A stretch of 64,000 nucleotides of DNA, from positions 13,203 through 77,202 of the forward strand of contig CAYOZJ010000005.1 in NCBI GenBank assembly GCA_964408485.1, in the 5' to 3' direction. Numbering within the stretch: position 1 is the stretch's first letter; each line of letters begins with the position of its first letter. The DNA is from an uncultured Gammaproteobacteria bacterium. Its GTDB lineage: Bacteria; Patescibacteriota; Microgenomatia; Levybacterales; UBA12049. The notes beneath the pieces are model-generated. The model did no database searches, was not told where the DNA came from, and saw nothing but the letters and a program-made list of their open reading frames with translations. Below, piece after piece: positions 43,319 through 54,200 of this stretch. Both the position numbers and the translations under genes were made by a program.

Positions 43319-43747
43319 TTATTTCCACAAAGAGAATTTCTTCGTTAGTTCACGAGCCTGTGCATCGGGTGCAAAAAAACAAATACCATAATACTCCAAC
43401 TCAGCCTCAGGCGTCTCGCTTGTTCGTTTCTTTTGATCAGCAAATGTCCCAACGGTCATAGTACTGGTGAAATCGTTAAAAATCACTCCCACCTCTTGCA
43501 AGTTATTTCGTAACGTTCTAATCTGATTAGAATTGTCTGAGGATAAAACAATAAACGGATTATCTGAAATGCTTGGATGAACTCCACCATCTTTATCTGT
43601 GTAATTATCAAAACGCATTGCTTCCTTATCAGGATTAAAGGCAGATAATCCTGCTGCCATATGAGCAACAGCATTCATAACACTTCCTACAGGTATTTTT
43701 TTATTTAAAACAGCTACAAATCTGTATGTTGTTGGTTCTGTATTCAT
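43319..43747 (-). CDS. DUF2000-family protein
   Basis: YRFVAVLNKKIPVGSVMNAVAHMAAGLSA matches the DUF2000 N-terminal pattern; 142 aa. Confidence 0.55.
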   Translation of the reverse strand: MNTEPTTYRFVAVLNKKIPVGSVMNAVAHMAAGLSAFNPDKEAMRFDNYTDKDGGVHPSISDNPFIVLSSDNSNQIRTLRNNLQEVGVIFNDFTSTMTVGTFADQKKRTSETPEAELEYYGICFFAPDAQARELTKKFSLWK

Positions 43748-43767
43748 ATTTTTAGTATATCACCCAT

Positions 43768-43817
43768 GTCATTCTGAGTGAAACGAAGAATATATCCTTC
43801 ACTCCGTTCAGGATGAC
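43768..43817. repeat. B-family-like hairpin element (intergenic)
   Basis: gtcattctgagtgaaacgaag...ccgttcaggatgac. Confidence 0.5.
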
Positions 43818-43953
43818 AAAATAAAAAACTCCCTTTCGGGAGTTCAATTAAAAAATTACTCCCACACAAACTACTCCTCAAGAAGGAGTGCTGTTGTGAG
43901 AAGCCCTTCGACTACGCTCAGGGTAAAAAGTTTTATTGTCATGAAAGAATTAT

Positions 43954-44664
43954 ATGCCTGAAGGAAATGATATGTCAAGCAATTTTCTCCCCCTTGAAGC
44001 AATCCTTCACTTCTTTTACTATTGTTATATGAAGATTACCCTTCACTCTTTTGTACTTCTTCTTTCTTTTGGGATTATTTTTGCCTGGGAGAATAGCCCA
44101 CTCGCGGATTACACAATACAAGTCCTGGCAATCATGGTCATTATTTACCTTATTGCTCAATTTGTTAAACGCAGGCTTAAGATGCAGGAGACAATTTGGG
44201 AAGGAATACCTGATGTTTTTGCTTTAAATACAGCTATTTTTCTTCTTATTTTTGCAACAGGACAAATGACAAGCTGGTTTTTCTTTCTTCTTTACTTCTT
44301 AGGATTTGGTATAACGTTTATTTTTGAGCCTGCTACGGTTTTTATTTTTGCTATAGGAACTGTTGCTGTTTTTATTCCAACAATACTTACAAATGGCGGT
44401 AACTTAGGCACCTATATTCAGTTAGGATCATTTTTATTTATCTCTCCTCTTCCCTATTTTTTTGGCAAAGAATATCGAGACCGCGAAAAGCAGCAAGATG
44501 AAATTGTTGGGCTCGCAGAGAGGTCTGAAGAAGCTGGCACAACCATAGCAAGTGATGTAGAAAAAGTACTCCAGAATGAAAAAAAGAATTTAAAGTCAGA
44601 AGACGTTGAAAAACTAAATGAAATTCTTGAAGAAACAGAAGACTTACGCTCTGAAACCAAGTAA
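43954..44664 (+). CDS. Polytopic membrane protein with an acidic C-terminal tail
   Basis: About 5 TM segments, then an EEAGTTIASDVEKVLQNEKKNLKSEDVEKLNEILEETEDLR tail; ATG near 44026 is an alternative start. Confidence 0.45.
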   Translation: MPEGNDMSSNFLPLEAILHFFYYCYMKITLHSFVLLLSFGIIFAWENSPLADYTIQVLAIMVIIYLIAQFVKRRLKMQETIWEGIPDVFALNTAIFLLIFATGQMTSWFFFLLYFLGFGITFIFEPATVFIFAIGTVAVFIPTILTNGGNLGTYIQLGSFLFISPLPYFFGKEYRDREKQQDEIVGLAERSEEAGTTIASDVEKVLQNEKKNLKSEDVEKLNEILEETEDLRSETK

Positions 44665-44722
44665 TAAACCAATGACTAATGATAAATACTACCAATCAAT
44701 CTCTTAATAAGAGAATAATCCA

Positions 44723-45493
44723 ATGAAGAAAAAACTTCTATTCAGGCATTCAGCATTTTTTGTATTGATTGGATTATTGGTTTATTTGTCTATTGGATTA
44801 TTTAGTAAAAGCGCAAGCGCTTTTACTATGTCTAATGCTTTCTATATTATTATCTTGGGTAACTTAAATTCCATTTCAGGCCAAGTAAGCGGAAGCAATC
44901 GGACACTTACTTTTACCAGTGGCGAATTGGGTGCGGGACTCTATACCGGGACAAATTACATACTCTGCGCAGGATTTTATGGAGGTATTTTTTGTAATAA
45001 ATCTTCTGTTGTGTCTGGACTTTTTACTTTTACGGTTACTCCAACCAATATTGACTTTGGAACCATTGACCCAACAAGCCCAGTAACTCGCACAAATATA
45101 CTCAATGTATTAAGTACTGCATCAGGATACTCTGTAACAACAATAGAAAACCATAACTTGTCTGCAAGCAGCTCGGCAATTCCAGACACAACATGCGACA
45201 GCGGACTCTGTAATTCTACTACAGCCACTGCCTGGACTAGCAACCTTACGTATGGCTTTGGCTATAGATGTGACAATGTGAGCCAGCTTGATTGCTCAGT
45301 ACTCCCAACAAATTATTACAAACCCTTCCCCAATGCAGCGCTGTCTCAGAATCCACAGGTTATTATGCAAAATGCCAATGGATCAGCAAATGAAAAACAA
45401 GTCCAGGTAACATACAAGGTCAATGTAAGCGGCTCACAGCTCCCTGGCGTATATACGAATACCATTACGTATGTAGCTTCTCCTAATTTTTAA
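44723..45493 (+). CDS. Secreted/cell-surface protein (signal peptide)
   Basis: MKKKLLFRHSAFFVLIGLLVYLSIGLFSKSASA signal; Thr/Ser/Asn-rich body. Confidence 0.5.
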   Translation: MKKKLLFRHSAFFVLIGLLVYLSIGLFSKSASAFTMSNAFYIIILGNLNSISGQVSGSNRTLTFTSGELGAGLYTGTNYILCAGFYGGIFCNKSSVVSGLFTFTVTPTNIDFGTIDPTSPVTRTNILNVLSTASGYSVTTIENHNLSASSSAIPDTTCDSGLCNSTTATAWTSNLTYGFGYRCDNVSQLDCSVLPTNYYKPFPNAALSQNPQVIMQNANGSANEKQVQVTYKVNVSGSQLPGVYTNTITYVASPNF

Positions 45494-45499
45494 TGCAAA

Positions 45500-46474
45500 A
45501 TGAATAATGCTATACGAATTATGCTAAGAGGTACTTTTATTTTTATGCTTATTGCGTACTGCTTATTGCGTACTGCTCCTGCAAAGGCCGAGACTTTTAG
45601 TCTCGGAATTTATCCTCCTATTATGCAAATTCAGACTAATGCACCAACACTTATTACTAAGGATTTTACCGTTGTTAATGCCAATGATAACGCAACGAAT
45701 GTATCTATTGCTCTACGACTCTTTACTTCTTCAAATACTAATAATGGCGCAGTACAATACCTGCCTGCCTCAACCAAACCATCACCTGACGGCAATATAT
45801 TCAAAAGAATTCAAATCTTAGACAATGGTAATCCTATTACGTCCCTCAGCCTTGCCCCCAAGCAGAAAAAAGACTTAACCATTCGCATTGCACTACCAAA
45901 AGACGAGCCTGGGGGAGATTATTATTTTTCTATTCTTTTTCAATCTGCAGATGATATTATTGGAGGCACGAACGGTACACATATTACGGCTGGAATCGCA
46001 AGTAATGTCCTTTTGTCTATTGCTCCCAAAGACGCAACGAGTGGATTTTTGGATGAATTTTCAGCACCTGTATTTGCAACGACTGGTCCAATCCCCTTTA
46101 CAGTAAGAGTCACAAATACCAGCAGGCACTTCGTAGCACCAACAGGACAAATTCTTGTGCGTAATATGTTTGGACAACTCATTGGAAAAGTAGATTTGCT
46201 CTCAGTAAATGTTTTGGGCAATTCAACACGATTCATTCCATCCAAGGATAACAAAGAAATGAATGGCCATCCTATTGCCTTATGGAATGAAAAAGTGCTT
46301 TTTGGAGCCTACAGGGCAAATATTATTTTGTCTCTTTCCAACGATGGACCAGTCTTTACACGCGTTATTTATTTCTTTGTTATGCCGTGGCAATACATGG
46401 TGGGAGCATTTCTTTTGGTTGTTATCGTTAGTGTTGTCATTGTTAGAGTAAGAAAACAAATAAAAAATTCATAA
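45500..46474 (+). CDS. Cell-surface protein with N-terminal signal and a C-terminal TM anchor plus basic tail
   Basis: Signal-like N-terminus; C-terminal AFLLVVIVSVVIVRVRKQIKNS. Confidence 0.5.
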   Translation: MNNAIRIMLRGTFIFMLIAYCLLRTAPAKAETFSLGIYPPIMQIQTNAPTLITKDFTVVNANDNATNVSIALRLFTSSNTNNGAVQYLPASTKPSPDGNIFKRIQILDNGNPITSLSLAPKQKKDLTIRIALPKDEPGGDYYFSILFQSADDIIGGTNGTHITAGIASNVLLSIAPKDATSGFLDEFSAPVFATTGPIPFTVRVTNTSRHFVAPTGQILVRNMFGQLIGKVDLLSVNVLGNSTRFIPSKDNKEMNGHPIALWNEKVLFGAYRANIILSLSNDGPVFTRVIYFFVMPWQYMVGAFLLVVIVSVVIVRVRKQIKNS

Positions 46475-46590
46475 TTTCTAAGTATTCTAATTTCTAATTG
46501 ACCTAAACAAACCCCAAGCTCAAATTTCTAATGTCTTGTCATTGGTGCTTTTTTAGAAATTAGGGTAATTAGGTAAATTAGGTTAATTTA
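46472..46590. repeat. D-family AT-rich intergenic repeat (copy 2) between convergent genes
   Basis: ttctaatttctaattgacctaaacaaa...ggtgcttttttagaaattagggtaattaggtaaattaggttaattt. Confidence 0.7.
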
Positions 46591-47478
46591 GTAGCCTACT
46601 CCCTTCATCCAGTGATGATGAAGCTTACGCTTTTTGAAAAGAAAATCAAATGCATGATTTATTTTAATACTCGGAACAGGTATGCCTGGAAGAGCTGTCG
46701 GACGGTACTTCCGTAAAAGAATAATAATAAGGATAATGACTATCAGGACAAGCAGTAACCAAACCCACCACGGAATTTCAAAAAGGTTAAAACCAGGAAG
46801 TTGCCCAAGACCAGAGGGAGTTGGGCCAGCCGTGGGCTTAAAACCGCTTATTCCTTGAATAAGAATCTTCTTAAGTTGTTGCTCAGATGGCTTACCTGCC
46901 AACACTGAGTCTGCGAAAAGCTCGTTATTTCCTGCTTTTTGAATCTTAATATTACACGCGTAATATCCACCTATATCTGCAATTACCGAACATCCCGTAT
47001 TCCCATTAAGATGAACTGTGATTCTCGCCCCAGGCATACCGTACCCAAAAGCTAATGCATCATCGCCAATTTGCACATCTGTGCGCTGCACTCCAAGCGT
47101 TGGTGGCAAAAATATACCTGTTTTGGTAATTACGCCATTGATCGGCGTTACGCTTACGCATGCCTCAGATTGTCCAAGTTTCTTGTAATCAACTGCATCA
47201 AAACATATCGTACTTGTTGCTTTTGGTACTGTCACATTGCTAAAACTAAAGTTACCCTGCGCGTCTGCTGTGGTCGAGGTAATAACAGTATTATTAATTG
47301 TTAAGACAACTGAGGCAAAAGGAGCAATATAGCCACTAACAGAAAGCGAATATCCAGCAACAGTAACTTGAACATTTGTCTGCGCACTTTGTGTAGCTGA
47401 AGCAGCCTCTACCTTGTCATGAAAAGTGACTGTGAAAATAAATAAAAAGAGAAAAAGTGAAAATAGCCTCAACTTCAT
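46588..47478 (-). CDS. Cell-surface protein with signal peptide, Ig-like beta region and a TM helix near the C-terminus
   Basis: MKLRLFSLFLFLFIFTVTF signal; WWVWLLLVLIVIILIIILLRKYR TM helix. Confidence 0.5.
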   Translation of the reverse strand: MKLRLFSLFLFLFIFTVTFHDKVEAASATQSAQTNVQVTVAGYSLSVSGYIAPFASVVLTINNTVITSTTADAQGNFSFSNVTVPKATSTICFDAVDYKKLGQSEACVSVTPINGVITKTGIFLPPTLGVQRTDVQIGDDALAFGYGMPGARITVHLNGNTGCSVIADIGGYYACNIKIQKAGNNELFADSVLAGKPSEQQLKKILIQGISGFKPTAGPTPSGLGQLPGFNLFEIPWWVWLLLVLIVIILIIILLRKYRPTALPGIPVPSIKINHAFDFLFKKRKLHHHWMKGVGY

Positions 47479-48214
47479 AGTCTCTCTTTATTGTAGACAG
47501 TATAAAATCCAATCACAAGGGACTAGATTTGCTCAGTAAGAAAAATATCTTTGATTGCTAAACGCTTACATCTAAAAATAAAAGAGGGTGGCGCGAGTTG
47601 GGAGTCCCCCATTGAGTGCCCGCAGTGAAACGAGGACATTGAATGAGGGTGACGAGCGACAGGACCCTGAGTAAACATAATACTTTTCACAAGATACGTA
47701 CAAACAAAACAAAGAAAATAGAAAATTGGATGGAAAAAATCAAACTTCCTATTAAACCAATCCAAACAACAGACATATCATATCTGTCACTTTATCCTTC
47801 TCTCTGCTAAAAGCCATGCCTCAAACTCGTGCCTAAGAATTATACGAAAATAAATACAACAAGCATAAAAATACGAAATAAAATATAATTTTGGTTTTCA
47901 CCGGTATTTCCTGTGAAATATACTATTACAGGACTCATTATGTTTTTAGATATAATTTGATATAGATTTATATTACATATTTTATCTACTTTGTGACTGA
48001 TGTTTTACTTTTATTCGGTTTTAAAATCCTTTTTCACGTTTAAAAAATATTATTTTCACAGATTCGATTTTTTATTTTTTACTTTACTCCAGGTCATTGA
48101 CAAGCTAATGTATAATTTCTACGCTTAAATAGTAGTAGTACAGCTCTTGATAATTCGTATAATCCGTATAATCTCGAGGCTAAGGAAACAAAAAGCAAGA
48201 TTTCATACTGCCCT

Positions 48215-51200
48215 ATGGAATATTTACAAAAGTTTAGAATTTATTTACTTTCATTAACACCTGCACCGTCAGCAGTAACTGTGAAAAATTACTGCTTAGA
48301 CGTGAAGCACTTTATTTCGTGGTCAGAACAGAAAAATCACGCACCCTTCGATCCATCAAAAGTTACCCAGGATGAAATAGAAAAGTTTCGACAGGATGAG
48401 AATGGACATCTCTCTGCTCGCTCACTCGATAGGCACGTATCAAGCTTACGAAAATTCTTCCACAGCCTTAAATTACAAGGCGTATTATCAACAAGTCCAT
48501 TTGAAAATACAGTATCTACTCAATTACCAACAGATCCCTACAAGCTAAAACAATTCAAAGATTTCCTTTATGTCTATAACGCAAGTAATCTAACTATAAA
48601 AAACTACATCATTGATGTGAAGCAGTTTTTCAAATGGGCAGAGGAAAAAATTCAAGCTCAGACAGACCAGGAGTCTGAAGAAATTACCCCTCTTTCCTAC
48701 CTAAGTAATGACCTTTTAGCCACATACCGAGATGAATTATTCTCAGGAAATGTTTTCTCAGCCTCATCTATCAACCGAAAGCTCTCTTCTCTTCGCAAGT
48801 ATATTGGCTGGGCAAAGTCACAAAATTTCTTGGAAAACGAATTAGACTCCCGTAATAATCCAAACGAAGTAGCAAACATAGCTAGCGCTCACACTTCTAG
48901 CGTGCTAGAAGTGAATCAGAACAAAGCGGAAAGCGAAAAGCGTAAAGAATTAGAAACCAAAAAAGAAGCAAATGGGAAAAACCTTGACGCTTTACCCTTA
49001 ACGCTTAACGCTGGTTACTCTCCTTTTCCTCCTCTTCGTCTTGCTCAAAAGATATCAAAAGGATTCAATTATGGTTTGGACGTTGCTATTATCGCTCCTC
49101 TTGCTAAGCTCGTATTGCAAGGTACAAAAGTGCTCTGGACACTCCAAGGAAAACCTCTTTTTGTTGCAGCAAAGAAATCATTAAGGCTAGCAAGTCCTGT
49201 GAAAAATATATCTAAGTTTGCAGTACAGGCTGGAGAAGTTTCCACAGCTAACTTTTCATGGTATCAAAAAATTTGGCATCACGCACAAAACACACGACCT
49301 AACTGGTACAGAAGATATCATCAACTACCAGTCGCCCATTATTTTAACTGGGCGATACTCATGATTGTTATGACAATCATTGGTGTTGGTTTTTATAATA
49401 GCTTTATTGCAAAGCCACAGAATAGTAAACCACTTTTAGCAGCAGCCCAACCAAACAGAATTCTTTCTTTCCAGGGTAGACTTACTGATAGCAGCAATAA
49501 TCCAATCACCACTTCTTCAAATTTGCGGTTTGCTATTTATACAGACGCAACTTCAACAGGTTCTGCCCAACTATGGCAAGAATTAGACAATGTTACGCCG
49601 GATGCTAACGGCGTATTTTCTGTTTTGCTTGGAAAAAACAGTAGCATTCAACAATCGCTCTTTGCTAATAATGCGAATTTATATTTGGGTATTACTGTCG
49701 AACAGACACCCGAGCTCACTCCTCGCCAACAACTCGCAACAGTTGCCTATGCGACCAACGCAGAAACACTCCAAGGTCTACCACCTATCACCCAGTCTGG
49801 CGCGGGAACAAGCAATGTCGTCCTCGCACTAAATTCTTCTGGTAATTTATCCATTGGTGCAGCATCCACTTTTCAGACCGTTGGTGGCGCATTTACGCTT
49901 GCTGGAGATACGCTTGTCTTAAATACCAATCCCGGTACAAATGGTAACATAACCATAACCCCAGACGGCCTAGGTTTTATAGATTTGCAAAAGCCACTTG
50001 TTAATACAACACAAAACAATAACATTCCATCAGCTTCAGGCTCTGTGGAAATTGATGATACGCTTGCAATTCTTGCAACATCAGATGCTGTCCCTGCCCA
50101 AACAATTAATCAAGACGGTGCAGGTGCACTTTTCACAGCTTCAGCTGGAGGTATTAGTAAATTCACCATTGGCAATTCAGGGACAATAACTGCCAGCAAT
50201 TACAATACAGCAGGTGGCGTTTTTTATGCAGATGGTACTGGTCTTTTTCTCCAAACAACAGCAGGCGCGATTGGCCAATGTCTTACATCTAATGGATCTT
50301 CTGGTCCAAGCTGGACAGCATGTAGTGGTGGATCTGCAAACAACTTTTGGACAATTACAAATGGCGCATTGTATCCAGTGAATACAACACTTGATGTCCT
50401 CTTTGGCGGAACTGCATCAAATGGCGCTAATTTTGCCTTTATTAACAACGCACCAGGATCCGGCACACCAACAGCATCTGTTTCAGGAAATATTACGCTT
50501 AATAGCGCAGGCCTCATTCAGACAACAAATAACCAACAGCTGACTATTGGCGGCGATACGACAGGCAATATCGTCCTCAAGCCATTGAATGGTGCAGGAA
50601 CTGTTACCTTATCTGGCTACGCAACAGGAATAATTCATTCAACGTCTGGAGTTTTATCTTCAAGTGCTGTTGACTTGGCAAGCGGAGATGTAACTGGTGT
50701 GTTGCCTTTAGCAAATGGGGGTACAAATAATAGCTTGGTTGCAGATAATGGTGGCATCGTCTATTCAGACGCAACAAGACTTCAAGTTTTGGCGCATGCG
50801 GGATCTGCAGGACTTTGTCTTACCTCTGGTGGCGCAGGCGCCCCAAGCTGGGCGAGCTGTTCGGGAAGTAATTCCAACTTCTGGAATGTAAATAACGGCG
50901 TCATTTACCCAAGCAATTCAACGCTTGATTTTATTTTGGGTGGAGACGGCGCAACAACATCTGCAAAATTTGCAGTCCTGAATATGACAGGTTCTGGAAC
51001 ACCAGTTGCATCAGTAAGTAGTGGTTTGAATGGAAATGCTACATATATCGCAGCAGATGGAACACTTCAGACAACAAGAAACCATGCGCTAACAATTGGC
51101 GGAAGCACAACTGGAAACATAATCCTTAGCCCGCTTAACAGCTTGGGATATGTCCAACTAAATGGAACAGTCAATTCTAATCTTGTCCCAACAATCACTG

Positions 51201-54200
51201 ACACCTATAACTTGGGCTCACCAAGTAATGAATGGAATAACTTATATGTTAAAAATCTTGTTGTCTCAGGAAGCATCGCAGGATTTTGGCAAAGAAATTC
51301 AGGTGTCCTCTCCCCTACCAATATTACAGACGACTTAGCGATTGGCGGTATAGCAACAAATACTGCAAGATTCCAAGTCTTTGCAAATACAGGCAATGCA
51401 ACAACTGCAGGTAATTTAACTTTCACCGGAAATGGTAGCCAAATTCAGACAACAAGTAACCAAACTCTCACTCTTGGAGGAAATACCACAGGAGGTATCG
51501 TGTTATCTCCAAGTAATGGAACAGGCACAATTGGTCTCAATGCAAGCAACATAACAACAAATCAAACAACTGTAAATCTTCTCAACACCACAGCAACAAC
51601 GGTTAATTTTGCAGGCGCTGCAACAACAGTAAGTATTGGCAATTCAGGAGGATCTACAACAATCAATGGCGGTTTAGTGGTAAATGCAGACACACAGCTT
51701 CTTGGCAATACAACGTTAGGCGACAGCTCATCTGACACAATTGCCTTTATTGGCCAAGTAAATACCAATATTCTCCCTTCCACAACAAATGCTCGTGATC
51801 TTGGCTCCCTTGCTCAACAATGGAATAATATTTATGGAAATCACATTTTTAGCAATGGTGTTGAATTGTCCCAATTCTTCCAGAGAAATTTTGGCGTTAT
51901 ATCCCCATTGAATATCACTGACGACTTAGCTGTCGGTGGAACAGCAACAAATACTGCTAAATTTCAGGTATCTGGCTTAACAGGCAATGCAACAACTACG
52001 GGTACACTTACGTTTGATGGGACGGGTAACCTTATCCAGACAACTAAATTCCAGGATTTAACAATTGGTGGGACAACAACTGGAAATATTACACTCAGTC
52101 CAAAAAATGGAACAGGCACAGTTACCATTGCAGGGCTGTCATCGGGTGTAGTACATAGTACCGGGGGCATCCTCTCTTCAAGTAACGTAAACTTAACCAG
52201 TGAAGTAACCGGTATCCTTCCTATTGCCAATGGAGGCACAAATACTAATACAATAGGTTCGGCAGGAAGCATTGCCTACTCAACCGGTACTGCATATGCA
52301 TTTAATTCAGTGGGATCCACAGGTCAATGTCTTGTATCTAATGGATCTGGAGCCCCTAACTGGACATCATGTACTACTGCAGCAGGCGCAACAAATTACT
52401 GGACACTCGATGGCGGCAATGGAATTTTGTATCCTGTTAATACAACACTTGATGTGTTGTTTGGTGGAACATCGAGTAACTCTGCTAATTTTGCATTTCT
52501 TAATAATGCACCAGGATCTGGTACACCAACTGCATCCATTTCCGGTAACTTAACTCTCAATAGCGCTGGAAACATTCAAACAACAAATAACCAACCACTG
52601 ACCATTGGCGGCAATACAACGGGAAGTGTTACCTTAGCGCCAAGCAATGGAAATGGAACGCTCAATCTTAATGCTACAAATATTAATACAAATCAGACAA
52701 GTGTAAATCTTCTCAACACAACAGCAACAACAATTAATTTTGGAGGTGCAGCAACAAGTATTAATATCGGTAATGCAGGAGGCTCAGCAACATTTAATGG
52801 CGGGCTTGTCGTCAATGCAGATACAACGCTTAACGGCAACACAACCTTAGGAGATAGCTCGAGTGATCGAGTCACTTTTAACGGACTAGTGAATTCAAAT
52901 ATCATTCCATCTGCAAATAATACCTATGACTTAGGCTCAATCACGAATGCATGGAATAATATTTTTGTTAACAACATTATCTCAAGTGGCAACATATCAG
53001 GACTTTGGCAAAGATTTTTGGGAGTCCTATCCCCTGTTAATATTGGCGATGACTTAGCAATCGGTGGGACAGCAACAGGTACAGCCAAATTTCAAGTGTT
53101 TGGTAACACTGGCAATGCAACAACTGCAGGTAATCTCACATTTAATGGCAATGGAGTAATTCAAGCAACAAATAATCAACCTCTTACGATTGGCGGAGAT
53201 ACAACAGGCAGTATAACAGTAGCGCCTAATAATGGTACTGGCACAGTAAATCTTAACGCTACAAATATTAATACCAATCAAACAAGTGTAAACCTACTTA
53301 ATTCTACTACTACAGCAATTAATTTTGGAGGTGCAGCAACTGCGCTTTCAATCGGTGCAGGATCTGGAACAACAACAGTTAATAATGGTCTCACAGTTAC
53401 CGGAACAAGCACCTTAAATGGCAATGTTGTTTTGGGAGCAAATAGTACCAAAACAATTACCGCAAACGGACAGTTTAATTCCTCTCTTATTCCATCAGTA
53501 ACCGATACTTACGATTTAGGATCAATTGCACTTGAGTGGAATAATCTGTATGTTAAAAATATTATTGCAGGGGGCAATGTATCTGGATTTTGGCAGAGAT
53601 TCTTGGGAGTTATTTCTCCAACAAATATCACGGACGACTTAGCAATTGGTGGAACAGCAACAAATACAGCAAGGTTCCAGGTTTTTGGAAATACAGGCAA
53701 TGCAACAACTACAGGTACACTTACTTTTGATGGGACCGGTAGCCTTATCCAGACAACACGAAACCAAGGCCTAACAATTGGAGGAGATACAACAGGAAAT
53801 ATTACGATAAAACCACTCAATGGAACAGGAACAGTCACTATTGCAGGACTTGGGACAGGAGTAGTACATAGCACAAATGGACTTCTTTCTAGTAGTGCAG
53901 TGAATTTAGCAAATGGCTCAGCAGATATAACTGGAACTCTTTCAACAAGTAATGGCGGTACGGGACAAAATTCATACGCTGGCGGCGATCTTCTGTATTA
54001 TGCATCCGGAACATCTTTATCCAAACTCACTATTGGCGGCGCAAATACAATCCTCACATCAACCGGCACAGCTCCACAATGGTCAAGTAGCCTCACACTT
54101 GGAGGCAACTTAAATGTGAATGGTAACACAACGCTTGGAGACACCGCTGGGGATACGATAACCTTTAATGGTCAAGTTAATTCCAATATTATCCCAACAA

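Noticed and set aside
43820-43845. Hairpin ctccctttcgggag read as a terminator
   Set aside because: The T-run is on the minus strand, where no upstream gene would be terminated, and on the plus strand it lacks a T-tract. It is probably part of the B-like repeat context rather than a functional terminator.
47600-47640. gcagtgaaacgagg resembles the 5S rRNA loop C region (CAGAAGUGAAACGCC)
   Set aside because: The island is only ~90 nt, lacks a 5'/3' helix I pairing of appropriate length, and the other 5S-like stretch lies on the opposite strand. It is kept only as an unclassified GC-rich island.
48077-48096. TTGACA ... TATAAT near 48077-48096 as the giant-gene promoter
   Set aside because: The spacing between the boxes is only 8 nt, and other candidates nearby also have non-canonical spacing, so no promoter call is made for the giant gene.
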